Shown piece by piece: positions 12,713-25,600 of a stretch of DNA of 64,000 nt (position 1 is the first letter of the stretch; each line of letters begins with the position of its first letter). Source of the stretch: Lingula anatina (taxonomy: Eukaryota; Animalia; Brachiopoda); NCBI GenBank assembly GCA_051362555.1, contig CM120640.1, positions 15,686,001 to 15,750,000 on the forward strand. Reading direction: 5' to 3'. The notes beneath the pieces are model-generated. The model made no database searches. It was not told the DNA's origin and saw only the letters and a program-made list of their open reading frames with translations. A program made the position numbers and the translations under genes.

Positions 12713-13807
12713 ATTTGCTTCATGCAAAACTTTGTAAAACAATACTAGCACACTAAAAATGTCAATTAAAGCTCTGATAATTAATCTCTTTAATATGAAA
12801 ACTTAAAATTCCTCCCTCAAACTTTATAAATTAAATTTATCTTAGGGTCACATGTACGAACCCAACATCCAAGATTCGACTTGCAATAATGCGTTAATTG
12901 TCCTCATCTAGGACCAGAAAAACATAATACACGCGTTTAATAAACCTTTCTATAGTTTACTAATTTATAGTTTACTTTCAGTCCAACGACCACTCATAAA
13001 ACATAAAATAAGCTATAACAAAAGAAACTGCAGGTAACTGTTGAGATATTAAACACATCGCACTGAGCAAGATCCGCTCCAACTTGAGTCAACAATTCAA
13101 AGTTTAGGATGCACAGTGCTTTGACACAAAAAGAACTTATTATACACAAAAGCGAAATTGTTGAGCCTTACAAAGACTAAGTGTAACTTTTGTTGCACTC
13201 ATTGATCTAATTCGGAACTGAGCCGCCCCACAATGCCCCTTCTATTGTAAGTTCATGCGACTGCTCATATCGATTTACATCGTGGCTAGGTCTCAATAGG
13301 TTCGACTGCTTAGCAATAGTGGTCAAAGTTCAAAAAATCAATGTAGGGTGTTTTTATTGGAAATTTACCACTTATCAAACGTGATGCCATTATGTGAGCG
13401 TTCTTGTCGACAAATTATGCGGAACACGCACCTGTAGGGTGGCAAACTGTGCAATGACATTTGGAAAGTGGAAGAAGAGTAGTAGGCAGCGTTCTGCCTA
13501 CAAATGCTAACAGGTAAGTTAACGAACAGCTTGTTTTGTTGTCCCAAGTGATTGAAGAGAAAGTGGACAAACTTATCGGCAAAATGTCTGTTTTGCGTTT
13601 GGCTTCACAATAGTAGAATACATCAGAGATAACGTCCCGGTGGGTAACCACAGCCTTCTAGTAAAGTGGTGAAATGTAATTTTATCGCATCTAATTGTAT
13701 AGGTTCATAATCAGTATAATACCGATATTAAATGAATGTAAAAAACAAAGTATGGGTCTATATGTGTAGGTAATGGTAGGGCCATTATCTATCTTAAGTA
13801 ACTTGAG

Positions 13808-13809
<2 letters not shown>

Positions 13810-13856
<47 letters not shown>
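13810..13856. repeat. (TA)n microsatellite
   Basis: Directly visible. Confidence 0.95.
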
Positions 13857-13859
<3 letters not shown>

Positions 13860-16313
13860 TTTTGAGAATAGGTTCATGTTGAAACTCATCTGTCTTAGTT
13901 CTCATACCTGGCTCTGCATTTTTCTATGTAATGTTTGTGCTTTTGCCACAACAAAACCCGGGCTTCTCCGCTTGATTTACATGTTCACAAGCAACTAGGC
14001 AGTTATTTTCATAGGGATTTGAAGCACTTCAAATCTTGAGTTAGCTCCAATAAAAGCGAATATTTGAAGGCTAGTTCTTATAAAAGTTTAAGGATGTTTT
14101 CGAAGAGGATTTAAAACTGAAGTGTTATTTCTTAGTTCGATTCTTTGCCTGCCTGTTTGAGTGCACTAATCTGCCGCTTTTAACTGGCGCTTGTGGGAAA
14201 GCGATTACATTTTAAAAATGGCTCAACCCTCATTTCAAATCCTAGGTCATTGTTTTTTTCCATGATTCAAACGTTGACAAGGGGTTGAGAGTGAACTAAC
14301 GGCGTTCTCTTCTTAAACTGTTACCTTGGAGACACGCCATCAGAAAGCTGTAGCAAACATGTAAATAAACTGCAGTTTTGCGTGCAATGTCGAGTAGGTA
14401 TAGAATCAGGCCTTGCTCTAATTTATAATTTATAACGACACAGGTGGAAAGCGAGGGTAAAATGGACCCTAATGTGATGGAACTAAATGTTAAGATGCAA
14501 ATAAGATTCCTTTTTTATCCACAAAAAACCCGTCAAGTGATAATGGACGTAGACACAACCAGGGCGATGTGACGGGAGTCCTTATCTGACAAACAGGCCA
14601 AGTTTACGAGTTGGGGTTGGAATTGATTAAATATTGTTGTTGGTAACAATTCGTTTAACGAGGATGCTAAAACTGTTAGCCTGAAACGTTTTCTATTTTT
14701 TATCAAAGTTTGGAAAAAAACTTTTGCGGATAAAAAAATAAAACTGAAGGACTATCTTCTAGCTTGGGAACGAAAAAACTTTGATAAAAGTTGATAAAAA
14801 AATACCAAACTTCCCCAAAGCCACCTGTTGTGTTTATACAACCAGGTGACTATGTATACATGTGGATTGTATGTTTCGCTCCTTCAGTCTATATGTTTAC
14901 CGTTTGACAGTTTCAGTAATCAAAGAACAATTTTATAGTTCAAATTTGCTTTTGCCGTAAAATCGCAGCAACAATGACAAAAGTTAAAGCGTTCCAACAG
15001 AGAATGTTAGAAAATCCCAACCTAAACTCACTATAAATTGACAAATAAAACGATGCACGGTAAATTCAAGGGTAAATCATAGCATCTTAGAGCCGTTCTG
15101 TTGCTTTTACAAATAAGGAGCAAAGAGAGGCACTCAGGTGTCGTGAGAAAGGCTATACTAAATAAATTTGCTTTTTTAAAATTGTTGTTCTTATCAACAA
15201 ATGGCTGCAACTTGATAGAATTCAACAGCAGAGAAAGATACACGTGAAGCAAAGGCCTGACCATTGAGCCAAAATGCAAAGTTTAGTGTCATAAGTGAAT
15301 AAGAGAATCTCCACTATTTTGTTATTAATAATAGGTCTAGCTAATAATCAATCACAAAAACACTAACCATATCTGCCGATGATAAATAAAACAACTAGCT
15401 AACACAGCATATCAATATTTCGGAATATATCAATAAGCCCTCGTGCGAAATTTGCTAAACAAATATCGTCTTGTTTTCCTAGTATAAAAGTATACAGCAC
15501 CTTCATTTTTCACCTGCAGATTAATATCGACTGACGTGTGTTTAACTTCGCGCTTGATAATTTTAGATACTAATTGCATCCGTGGATCAAATTTCGCTCC
15601 GTTGGATCTTGAGCTTAATCGACTATTTTATTAGAAAATTGGGTGACAACGAAATTTTTTTCAATCCCCTGACTGCCCCCCCCCCCCCCCCCCCAATTAG
15701 ACATATACTGAAGATTTAATGATACATTTAAAATAGAATTAAGATGGTGTTTCCATACAATCGAGCAGCAGTAATTAATTAAAGTCGTCAAAAGAAGCAT
15801 CGCCCGAGAAAGGTGACATTGCTTTTTCGCACAGCCCCTCCTACATTTTAAGTCCATTGCAGTTTGAAGGGTAGACTATAAAGAAATGAAATTCTGATTA
15901 ATGCTTAGTGCCTATGTTTCTATATAAAACACGCATTAAGAATGACATCATGTCAGAAATTCCAACCTTGATGAAAAGTGCTATAAAACCCTAATGACTG
16001 CGTCAACATCAGATGTAAAAACCTAAGCCCCCTGAGGCACGATAAGTAGACCTCGAGTGGAAACGTTAACGATAACATTGTATCAGATGTTTACGAAGAG
16101 GCATCGATAGCTAGATGATAGCTCTCGGATGTACCTTGTATGAAACACATTTACTTAAGACATTCGTCTTTCTCTTTCAGGGTTGATTCAAAGCTGACAG
16201 AGCTGTGAATATCTGCCTACACATCCTACATAAACTCTGCAGAAACTGAATGTAACACGGACGTGCAGTATTTGAGAATGTGATGTCTCTGTGATAAGAT
16301 ACGGTATGTGTTC

Positions 16314-18197
16314 ATGGCGGACAACCAAGCCGAACTGAGGACTCCTTGTCTTCTGGAGAAACCGAAGCCCCCCGCGAGCGCTCATCCCGTGACAAGGCGA
16401 ATACTTCGGTCTAGTCACAAGGCGAACAGGACCCGGAGAAACAACAGACAGAATGCAGAACTCAAAATGTTGAAGGAACTGAGACTTTTGAACGTAGTGA
16501 AGGCAGGGGGATCGGAAGAAGACAAGAATTATTTTGGTCAAATGCAAAGAAATGCCTCATCAATCCCAGGCCGTGGCAATACACTGCCCGATATCAAGAG
16601 TTCGGAAATATTCGTACACGCTCGGAGTATGGAGTTGCACTCCGCTGAAAAAAGTGGAGAAAGCATAGAGGACGGGAAAACTAACATCGTTATAAAAGTA
16701 CCAGAATTAATCATGGATGACGAAGAAGGCGATGACGATGGTGGCTTTCAGCGAAGCACATCACGGACAGACGCGAGCAATAAGAAACGGACGCTGCCGA
16801 CTTGTGACGCAGTACAAGTTGTCGGCGGCCACGTGTCAAATCTAAGTTCAGAAGAAGATGCCACTCGAAACACGGTCACTTCATCCCAATTTGTGGCAAG
16901 AATTAAGAAACAGTCACACTTCCCTACGCTTCCAATACGCACGTCTCAACCAGAAGGAATTTTTGTCCGCGGCAACGGTGAATCAAATTCACAAGGGGGA
17001 GGCCTTCGCACCCCTCGTTACTTAGTCTCCCCAAATAAACAAACTACCCCTTATGATACTTTTCTTGGAGTGAAAACTTTGTCATCAAGATGGCTTAACG
17101 AACTTTCAGAAATTTCACCTAGCACGAAAAGTGAAAGTGAAGATAGTAAGGCTCGCATTGTGCGACTTGCCGTTCCGAGGACTGCTAACCCCATCGCTCG
17201 CGCTTTGCGTCTCGAGTCCAGCAGAAATGGCGTTGCTGGGGACGCTGACTTCAGTGACAGCAGTGGTAGTACCACTAACTCCCCAAAATGTAAAAGTGCA
17301 AGGCGCAGTCAGGAAGTGGAATCACGGAATTCATACGGCAGAGGAATAGAGAGCAACAGGGGTACGGCATCTGCGACACTATTTAGGAGACGCCAGGGAT
17401 CTGCCGCTTGGCCGTGCAACACCGCCTCAGAGGATGACGAGTCTGGGAATGCGTCCGTGTCTGAAATTTCTCTAGAGTCAGAGTGGCCGAATTTTGAAAA
17501 CGCTGTCGAAAAGGTTGTTGTGCCTGTGAGTTCAGATATGCCCCACCAGATGTACAAAAACATCGGGTTGCCGTATAAACATTCATTTACAGCACCAGTG
17601 AAGAAAGAAAGCAGCAAAACTGTGACAAGAAGCAGTTCAGACCACGGCAAATGTGTGACATTTGAAGAAGAGCCGAAGATTTATAACATAGAATTCCCGC
17701 GTTCTGTCGATGATCATAGGGAACTTTTAATAGACATTCGTGGAGACAAGTTGCCTGCATTGAACAATGGAAACTCCCAGATATCAAATAAACAGGAGAA
17801 GGTAATATTGCAAGACAAACAGAAAATTGGAGATGGTAAAAATTCAGAAATCGAAAAGTCCGTTGCCTCTAAGCCTAATATTTCTGACGATCCCGTGAAA
17901 CGGCGGGTGTGCAGCACTGAAGAAATGGACGTGAACGCCCAGGGAGCGTCGTCTTATTCCGTGCTTGATAAAAGATACACAAACCACGCACGACAGAAAC
18001 GATCTGGGACATTAACGGCGTCTTCGCCGTCAAATGTGATGTTCAAACAAAAAGACTACATCGGTTTTCAGCACAAGAAATTCATCAGAAAGAATAACAT
18101 TCCAATGAACACTGGAACATCTGCTTTTCCCTCTGGGTACATTGATACAAATAAAAAGATTCCATATCTTAAAGTTAAAATTCGTGAAGATGAATAG
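16314..18197 (+). CDS. Uncharacterised ~627-aa Ser/Glu/Lys-rich, probably disordered protein, single coding exon
   Basis: 1.9-kb ORF with higher GC. Acceptor tctctttcag at 16171-16180, first ATG at 16314, AATAAA at ~18265-18275. No domain recognised. Confidence 0.8.
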   Translation: MADNQAELRTPCLLEKPKPPASAHPVTRRILRSSHKANRTRRNNRQNAELKMLKELRLLNVVKAGGSEEDKNYFGQMQRNASSIPGRGNTLPDIKSSEIFVHARSMELHSAEKSGESIEDGKTNIVIKVPELIMDDEEGDDDGGFQRSTSRTDASNKKRTLPTCDAVQVVGGHVSNLSSEEDATRNTVTSSQFVARIKKQSHFPTLPIRTSQPEGIFVRGNGESNSQGGGLRTPRYLVSPNKQTTPYDTFLGVKTLSSRWLNELSEISPSTKSESEDSKARIVRLAVPRTANPIARALRLESSRNGVAGDADFSDSSGSTTNSPKCKSARRSQEVESRNSYGRGIESNRGTASATLFRRRQGSAAWPCNTASEDDESGNASVSEISLESEWPNFENAVEKVVVPVSSDMPHQMYKNIGLPYKHSFTAPVKKESSKTVTRSSSDHGKCVTFEEEPKIYNIEFPRSVDDHRELLIDIRGDKLPALNNGNSQISNKQEKVILQDKQKIGDGKNSEIEKSVASKPNISDDPVKRRVCSTEEMDVNAQGASSYSVLDKRYTNHARQKRSGTLTASSPSNVMFKQKDYIGFQHKKFIRKNNIPMNTGTSAFPSGYIDTNKKIPYLKVKIREDE

Positions 18198-18307
18198 TTT
18201 TGACATGTTTTAGTGCTACTATTATTACTATTTATATATTTGGTTATTCACATTTTTTGCTTTAAATAAATAAAACTTTCCAAAGAAAATGTTGGACCTC
18301 ACTTATA

Positions 18308-18387
18308 ACTGTAGGGGAAAGCGGGGCTAGTTCGCACCCTTTTTATACAAATTGAGATGGAAGGAATACTATTACCATTGGGCTTCT

Positions 18388-18418
<31 letters not shown>

Positions 18419-19314
18419 CAGACGGAAGGTTCAATTATACATGCATACCCCGTGGGGCAAGTTCGCTCAACTACTATAGAATCCAATCGGAGAAAAAAAA
18501 TTATCCATTTTTTAATGCATTTTACTCGATTAAAAACCGAATAAAAGAAGAAACTTACCCAGTCAGCATTTAACCACACTGCAGTATTGCTCACCTCTGA
18601 CAACTTCTTAATAAACAACAACAACAACACCTACAAAAGCGATTTATTTTACATATTATTTTAAAATTTATTTAGTAATTACATATACTGTGTCGTTTTC
18701 TGTAGTTTCCATCAGAGTCACCGTTGTGACATAGGCCTATATGAATGCCCTGGGCGAAAATGTCCCTTGAAAAGGGGCAGTCTTGCCCAAGCGGGATTTT
18801 TCTTTTTGTTGATGATTGCATAATATTTCTAGGACTTAACCAAAGACTTAGTCACAATACAGGCCATACAACCCACATAACATACTGTACATATCGTTGA
18901 CTAACTGTAAATCTGTAGGCCTACTCAACACACAAAAATAAATACCATATTGAGACTTTAATGATTACTGAAAAGTTTAGTTTTTGCTTGCGAGTCGCGG
19001 TTTAGGGTCTATATCTGTGTTGTATCCACCATTTGTTTTATTGCGCTTACACATAGCCTATCATGTATCTTGTGACCTGTCAAAATGACGGATGGCGAGA
19101 TTCATTTTATCACATTCGTGATAAAGGGAGGGGGCGGTTGCGGACTTGGCCCGGGGGCGGACTAGCACGTCAAAAGTCTAATCAATCTAGGAAAGTCTCA
19201 TGCTTTGACCGACTTGATTTGGTTCTCATGCTTTGGTTCTCCTCTATTAAAAAAATAGGCCTACAGTCGATGGGTGAGGTAGGGATGCCCCCCTCGCAGG
19301 ATTCCCCCCTACGG
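18308..19314. mobile_element. Putative ~1-kb non-autonomous DNA transposon
   Basis: Imperfect termini ACTGTAGGGGAAAGCGGGG (18308) and TTCCCCCTACGGT (19302-19314). Internal GGGGCAAGTTCGC-like motifs occur in both orientations. Confidence 0.4.
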
Positions 19315-19671
19315 TTCTAACAGTCTTACTGTTATGAGGTAAAAGTCAATGAATGCCAAATGCTTTAAGAAACTAAAACTGCTCAAATACCAATTATATT
19401 TTTTAAACAAAATTTAAATTAAAGCTAAAAGAAATTTCATAAGAAATTCTCGTGTCTATAGTGATAAAAAATGTTTATTCTGCTTAATAATTAAGGTTAT
19501 CTGATATTATGAATGGAAATTTACTAGTTTTGAAAACTAAAAGAAATGATCACTACAAAGGCGCAACTGTCCCAATGACCGCAAAGATCGAGTCACACGT
19601 TTGTCAAGACACCCATGTATTGCGTTAGTTTAGACTTTGACCCCGTCACCTTGCCCTCAACTCATTTCAAG

Positions 19672-22600
19672 ATGGCTGCCTGGAGTAAATTACAGGAGAA
19701 ACTAACTCCTCGGAATTCCGCTGTTGCTGCAGGCGTAGTGGTACTTTGGTGGATAGCTCGGACACGATGGCAAACAAACGGCAAAAAGCAGTTAAACAGG
19801 TTTGTGATTTTTGTCCTTAATTGTCAATTTTATGTGATTACAAGCCGAAAATTATTTGCTCTCTTGTTGGGGTCAGAAAGTGACCCCTTGACGGCGTGAG
19901 CTGTCAGAATTTACGTGTATGATATTGAGTAATGTAGCACTCATTTGTGCAATACTGAGCAATGTAGTATGCGTTTGTGTGTATCAGTTTGCATGCCGGA
20001 ACATGTTTGATTGTGGCTAGATTTTTTATAGGCAGGGGAGGGATGGGTATTGTTTCAGCTATGGTCTATGAATACAAGAAATAGGCTGCTCTATTATCTA
20101 TTCAGTCTGAGCAGAGTTCACATTCTGCTGGGTGAACTGCTGAAAAAAGAGTGCGCATATTACTTAACTGTAATTTCTATCCCCACAAACACATTTGCTT
20201 TATAATTTAGTTATGGAAAGATGTCAAACTTTAATATCACTCAGATAAAGATAAAGCAAAGATTTATAAATCTCTCTATGAAATATTAATGGAGAATAGG
20301 AAATGTTTTGAAAATTTGGGATAGTCAGTTTCTGTAGACTAGTGTTTTGAAATAAAGCTGTTTATGAAATTATGACAATGACCATTTACAAACAGTTGTT
20401 CTCATTGCAGAGGAAAGACCACATTTAACCTTTCTGAGGCAATTGAACAAGAGCGCCGTGAAAGGGTTCGTGTTGTAACTCTGTACTTGTTTATTTTGCT
20501 TCATAATTTGGTATATACCCTGTATACACATTAAGTAGGACTTAAGATATGAAAAAAGCTCATTTGACACATTTTGTACATATTTATACATTATTTAAAC
20601 AAAATCGAAAAAGTTTCAAAGATCATGGTAGGGTCCATGTCAAAATTTATTTCTTACACAGAGTCAATACAGGATGTTTGCTATTGATGTTCTTTCAGGA
20701 AAAAACTGCAGACAAGGGCAGAGATAAAGCAGCAGTAGATGGTGTCTTCTTCAGGTAAAATATATTCAACAGTAGCTGCCAAAATGATGCCATGCACCCC
20801 CCCCCCCTCCATTCATAGATTTTTCCAAATTGAAATTGATCTGCATCTCTGTTATGAAAACGATGGATGAAAATATCTCAGTAGAGTTTGATATATGCAC
20901 CAACATATTTTAACTGTGAATAAAGTGGTCACCTTTAACTGTTAGTAAAATTTCTGCTTACATCTCAATGTCCCTACTGGTTATCTGAGCAGCTGGGTTA
21001 TATCCCTGTGTGATGTTGAAAAAATGATGAATATATTTTCAATTCTGTTTCCATAGTTCTTATACTTAACCCCATCTTGCTCTCAATTTCTAAAGATTTC
21101 TCTAAAGATTAAATGTTTTCTTATACCCAAACCAACCTTACTTTCAGTTTCTGAAGATTGAACATCTTGTTGCATATTGTCATGTAATAATTTCGAGTAT
21201 ATATTTGTTTCATTCATATTTTTATTTCTGTGTCATTTCCAGGAGATTATGTCGTATTTTAAAGATTGTGATTCCAAGCTGGGTCTCTGCAGAGGCTGGC
21301 TACATGTTACTGGTAGCTGTGGCCCTAGTCTGTCGCACATACTGTGATGTCTGGATGATACAGAATGGGACTTCCATTGAGAGGTATGGTACCTTCTGTG
21401 CCATAAAGGTTCCCAGTGAAAGATTTTCCCCCAGAAATTTTACACACCAAATCTACTAGTCTGTTGACTCAGATTAATGGCTAATTTCCAGGCCAGATAT
21501 TGGAATTGTGCACCTGTAAGAAGAGAGATCTTGGGAGTTGATGAACGCCCAACCCCCAGCTTAATGCATTATGTCTCAGTCAAAATGGAGTTGATCTAGT
21601 ACAAATAAAGCTGTTTGCCTTTTTATGTACAGACACAGATGTGTCTGTACATATTGCCATCATCTGCGTCTGTCGTTGCCGTCGGCGCCGTCGTCGCCGT
21701 CGTGCACTTTTACCGATAACACGATAAGTGGAAAACCATTTTACCTTTTGACTTGAAACTTGCAGAACTGATGAATATTCATAATTCGCAGGTCAAGTTC
21801 GAAAATCAGCATGATCGGGTCACTTTTAGGGAATTTATGCTGTTTTTTCACTTTTTTCAGCATATATGCAGCACCGATAACATGATAAGTGGAAAACCAT
21901 TTTACCTTTTGCCTTGAAACTTACAGAACTGATGAATATTCATAATATGCAGGTCAAGTTCGAAAATCAGCATGATCGGGTCACTTTTAGGGAATTTATG
22001 CTGTTTTTTCACTTTTTTCAGCATATATGCAGCACCGATAACACGATAAGTGGAAAACCATTTTACCTTTTGACTTGAAACTTACAGAACTGATGAATAT
22101 TCATAATACGCAGGTCAAGTTCGAAAATCAGCATGATTGGGCCATTTTTAGGGAATTTATGCTGTTTTTTCACTATTTTCAATATAAATACAACACTGAT
22201 AACACAATATAAGAAAAACGGATTGGCCAATTGTAATCATACTCACAGGAGTGGTCAATCTTACTAAAACGCAGGTTGAGTTCGAAAATCAGCATAATCA
22301 GGCCATTATTTTAGAAGTTATACTGTTTTTCACATTTCCTCAGATTCAATTATTAGGCATGTTAACAGTCTCATTATTTAACTAATAAGATGCCTAAAAG
22401 TGTTTGTTTGATATTTCCTGCATCTTTACAACATTGTTAGTTGATTATGTAAAAAACATGGTAAACTTGTTATCATGTATTGTGTAATAAAGTGTCAAAA
22501 ATGGAAATAAACTCATATCATTGCAGTTTATCAGATTCAATCATCCACTATGTTCAGAATCTCAGAATGGAGGAAATTGGACATTTAACACTGTTCTATT

Positions 22601-25600
22601 GATACTTTTCCCATCTCATCAATTTTCTTAGTTGGTCATATAAAATGGCAGTAAAATGTTTATTTTATGTTAAAAAAGTGTTAAAAATGGAAATAAACCC
22701 ATTTCAGAACAGTGCTGTCTTGTTTACATTTTGGCATTTTCAAGGCGTGACTTTGAAGTTCCATGGGCCTGAAGACCTTTGCTAGTCACATTTTCTGAAT
22801 ATCTGTGAAACAAATATTTTATAATTAAAAATTGATGGTCATTAAGCTGTTAAACATTATGTAATATTGCATCAAAATTTGAAGAAACCCCTATTTTGGG
22901 CACTGCTTCCATGATGACCATTTAAGGAAAATCATGTCACTTACTGTTCTCAAACTTACAGGAAAGAAACATGGGACTAAAATACAGCTTCAGTAGGCAA
23001 TGCAGTCTGTTTGGTATTTTTATTTATTTATTTATTTATTTTGGCAGTTAAACAGTTTTTTGTGAAAATTTAATTTTTCACATATTGGCATTTTCAAGGT
23101 GCGACTTTAAAGTTCCATGATCTTGAAGACTTTTGCTTGTCACATTTTCTGAATGTCCATGTGACTAATATTTTATTAATAACATTTGATTGTCATTATG
23201 CTGATAAACATTATGTAATGTTGCATCAAAATTTGAAGAAACCCCTATTTTGGGCACTGCTCCTATGATGACCATTTAAGGGAAATCATGTCACTTACTG
23301 TTCTCAAACTTACAGGAAAGAAACATGGGTCTAACATACAGCTTCAATAGGCAACGCAGTCTGTTTGGTAAATTTTTCTGGCAATTTAACAGTTTTTTGT
23401 GAAAATTTAATTTTTCACTTATTTGCATCTTTATTTTCTGTTCTTTGTCTGTACATTTGACAGCTTTGCTGCCTTGTTTTCTGTTTTGAATGGGGATGCA
23501 AATTAAGATACTTGTGGGCCTATATTCCTACTTTTAGAGAAAATTAAAATTTAAATATGCTTCTTTATACAAGAATCGGACTAATTATACATTTGTTCTT
23601 TGCAGTGCAATTATTGGAAGAGACATGCAACTTTTTAAGAAACATTTATTCAAGTTCATATATGCCATGCCTTTGGTAAGTCTTCACTGACTGAGCAACT
23701 CAGATTTTTCATATATCTAAATTATCTATTTTTCACTTTTAAGAAAATGTACAGAGATGAGAATGTGTTAAAAATTGTGTATTAAACGTTGCGTTATCTA
23801 CAACAAATATTTAAGGTAAGAATTTATCGGAAAATTGACTAATCTTGCCATTTTCTATTTCAGATCTCCTTGATGAATAATGTTTTGAAAGTAAGTGGAA
23901 ATTATGTTGAATGTTGTGAAACAATTGGGCTGATTTTTAAAAATATCCAATAATGTTAATGCTTTGAGGGGATTCTGTTTTATGACATTAAAAAGTTATC
24001 TGCATTGTACTGTGCAATTGTATTATCTTAACCAATATTCACATACTGTACAAGGAAATAACATGCCAATAATGGTTTAATTACTAAATCTTTACCTTAC
24101 AGTTTGGATTAAATGAAGTTAAACTGCGTTTTAGAACCAGACTCACAGATTACCTGTACGACAAATATCTCAGGTTTGTCTTTATTAATTCTTTTTAATG
24201 AAAGCAGTACCTATTCCTTCTTTTTGCCCAGTGGGCAGATATTTGAAGAACATGAAAGGTGGTGGTCTCCATATCCATATTAGGTGTAGTTGTCTTTTGT
24301 GAACTTCTCTCATTTTATGTTATTTGTAAATGAAGTACAGTTAAACATTTTTACAACATTTTAAGTACATTATGTTGTATAAAGATTTAGGATTATATTT
24401 GTAGGGGGTTTACATACTACAAGATGAGTAATTTAGACAACCGAATTTCTAATGCTGACCAGTTGCTGACACAAGATGTTGATAAGCTTTGTGAAAGTAT
24501 TGGGGAACTTTATTCCAATTTAAGCAAGGTAAGATTTTTAATGTTTTTATTAGTGTATTGTGCGTGTTTTACTCTTTTTATTTTGTGGAAGCTTATGTGT
24601 AAGAAACTGTAAACTGCTAAAGGAGAACTGTCTTTTCTGATTATTTTCTGATTGCATTTAAGTGGATGCAATATTGATATTATCTCTTTATTTTTCAGCC
24701 TGTACTTGATATTTTTCTGTATGCTTTTAAACTAGCTGGAGCCATTGGTATTCAGGTAAGATACTAAGAGTTTAAGTAGAAATAGTTTCGGGTATATAAA
24801 TGACTGTGAAAATATTTTACAGGGAATTTTAAGAAATCCCATAGGCTGTTAGTTGACTGATGTTCTGGACTTTTATTATGTACAGACACAGATGTGTCTG
24901 TACATATAGCCATCATCTGCGTCTGTCGTCGCCGTCGGCGCCGTCGTCGCCATCGTCGCTGTGCACTTTTACCGATAACACGATAAGTGGAAAACCATTT
25001 TACTTTTTGACTTGAAACTTGCAGAACTGATGAATATTCATAATACGCAGGTCAAGTTCGAAAATCAGCATGATCGGGTCACTTTTAGGGAATTTATGCT
25101 GTTTTTTCACTTTTTTCAGCATTTATGCAGCACCGATAACACGATAAGTGGAAAACCATTTTACCATTTGACTTGAAACTTACAGAACTGATGAATATTC
25201 ATAATACGCAGGTCAAGTTCGAAAATCAGCATGATTGGGCCATTTTTAGGGAATTTATGCTGTTTTTTCACTATTTTCAATATAAATACAACACTGATAA
25301 CACAATATAAGAAAAACGGATTGGCCAATTGTAATTATACTCACAGGAGTGGTCAATCTTACTAAAACGCAGGTTGAGTTCGAAAATCAGCATAATCGGG
25401 CCATTATTTTAGAAGTTATACTGTTTTTCACATTTCCTCAGATTCAATTATTAGGCATGTTAACAGTCTCATTTTTAAATTATAAGATGCCTAAAAGTGT
25501 TTGTTTGATATTTCCTGCATCTTTACAACATTGTTAGTTGATTATGTAAAAAACATGGTAAACTTGTTATCATGTATTGTGTAATAAAGTGTCAAAAATG

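Noticed and set aside
16748-17917. Multiple minus-strand ORFs within the 627-aa gene
   Set aside because: They are antisense by-products of GC-richer coding sequence with no independent signals.
20411-20465. Second GC-AG donor in ABCD3 at 20439 (GAG|GCAATT)
   Set aside because: The frame stays open to a canonical AGG|GTTCGT donor after 20465 with the correct phase, so a GC donor is not needed.
21712-22350. CRISPR-like array suggested by regular repeats and palindromes
   Set aside because: These are whole-unit 161-bp tandem repeats with no unique spacers, in a eukaryotic intron with no cas genes.
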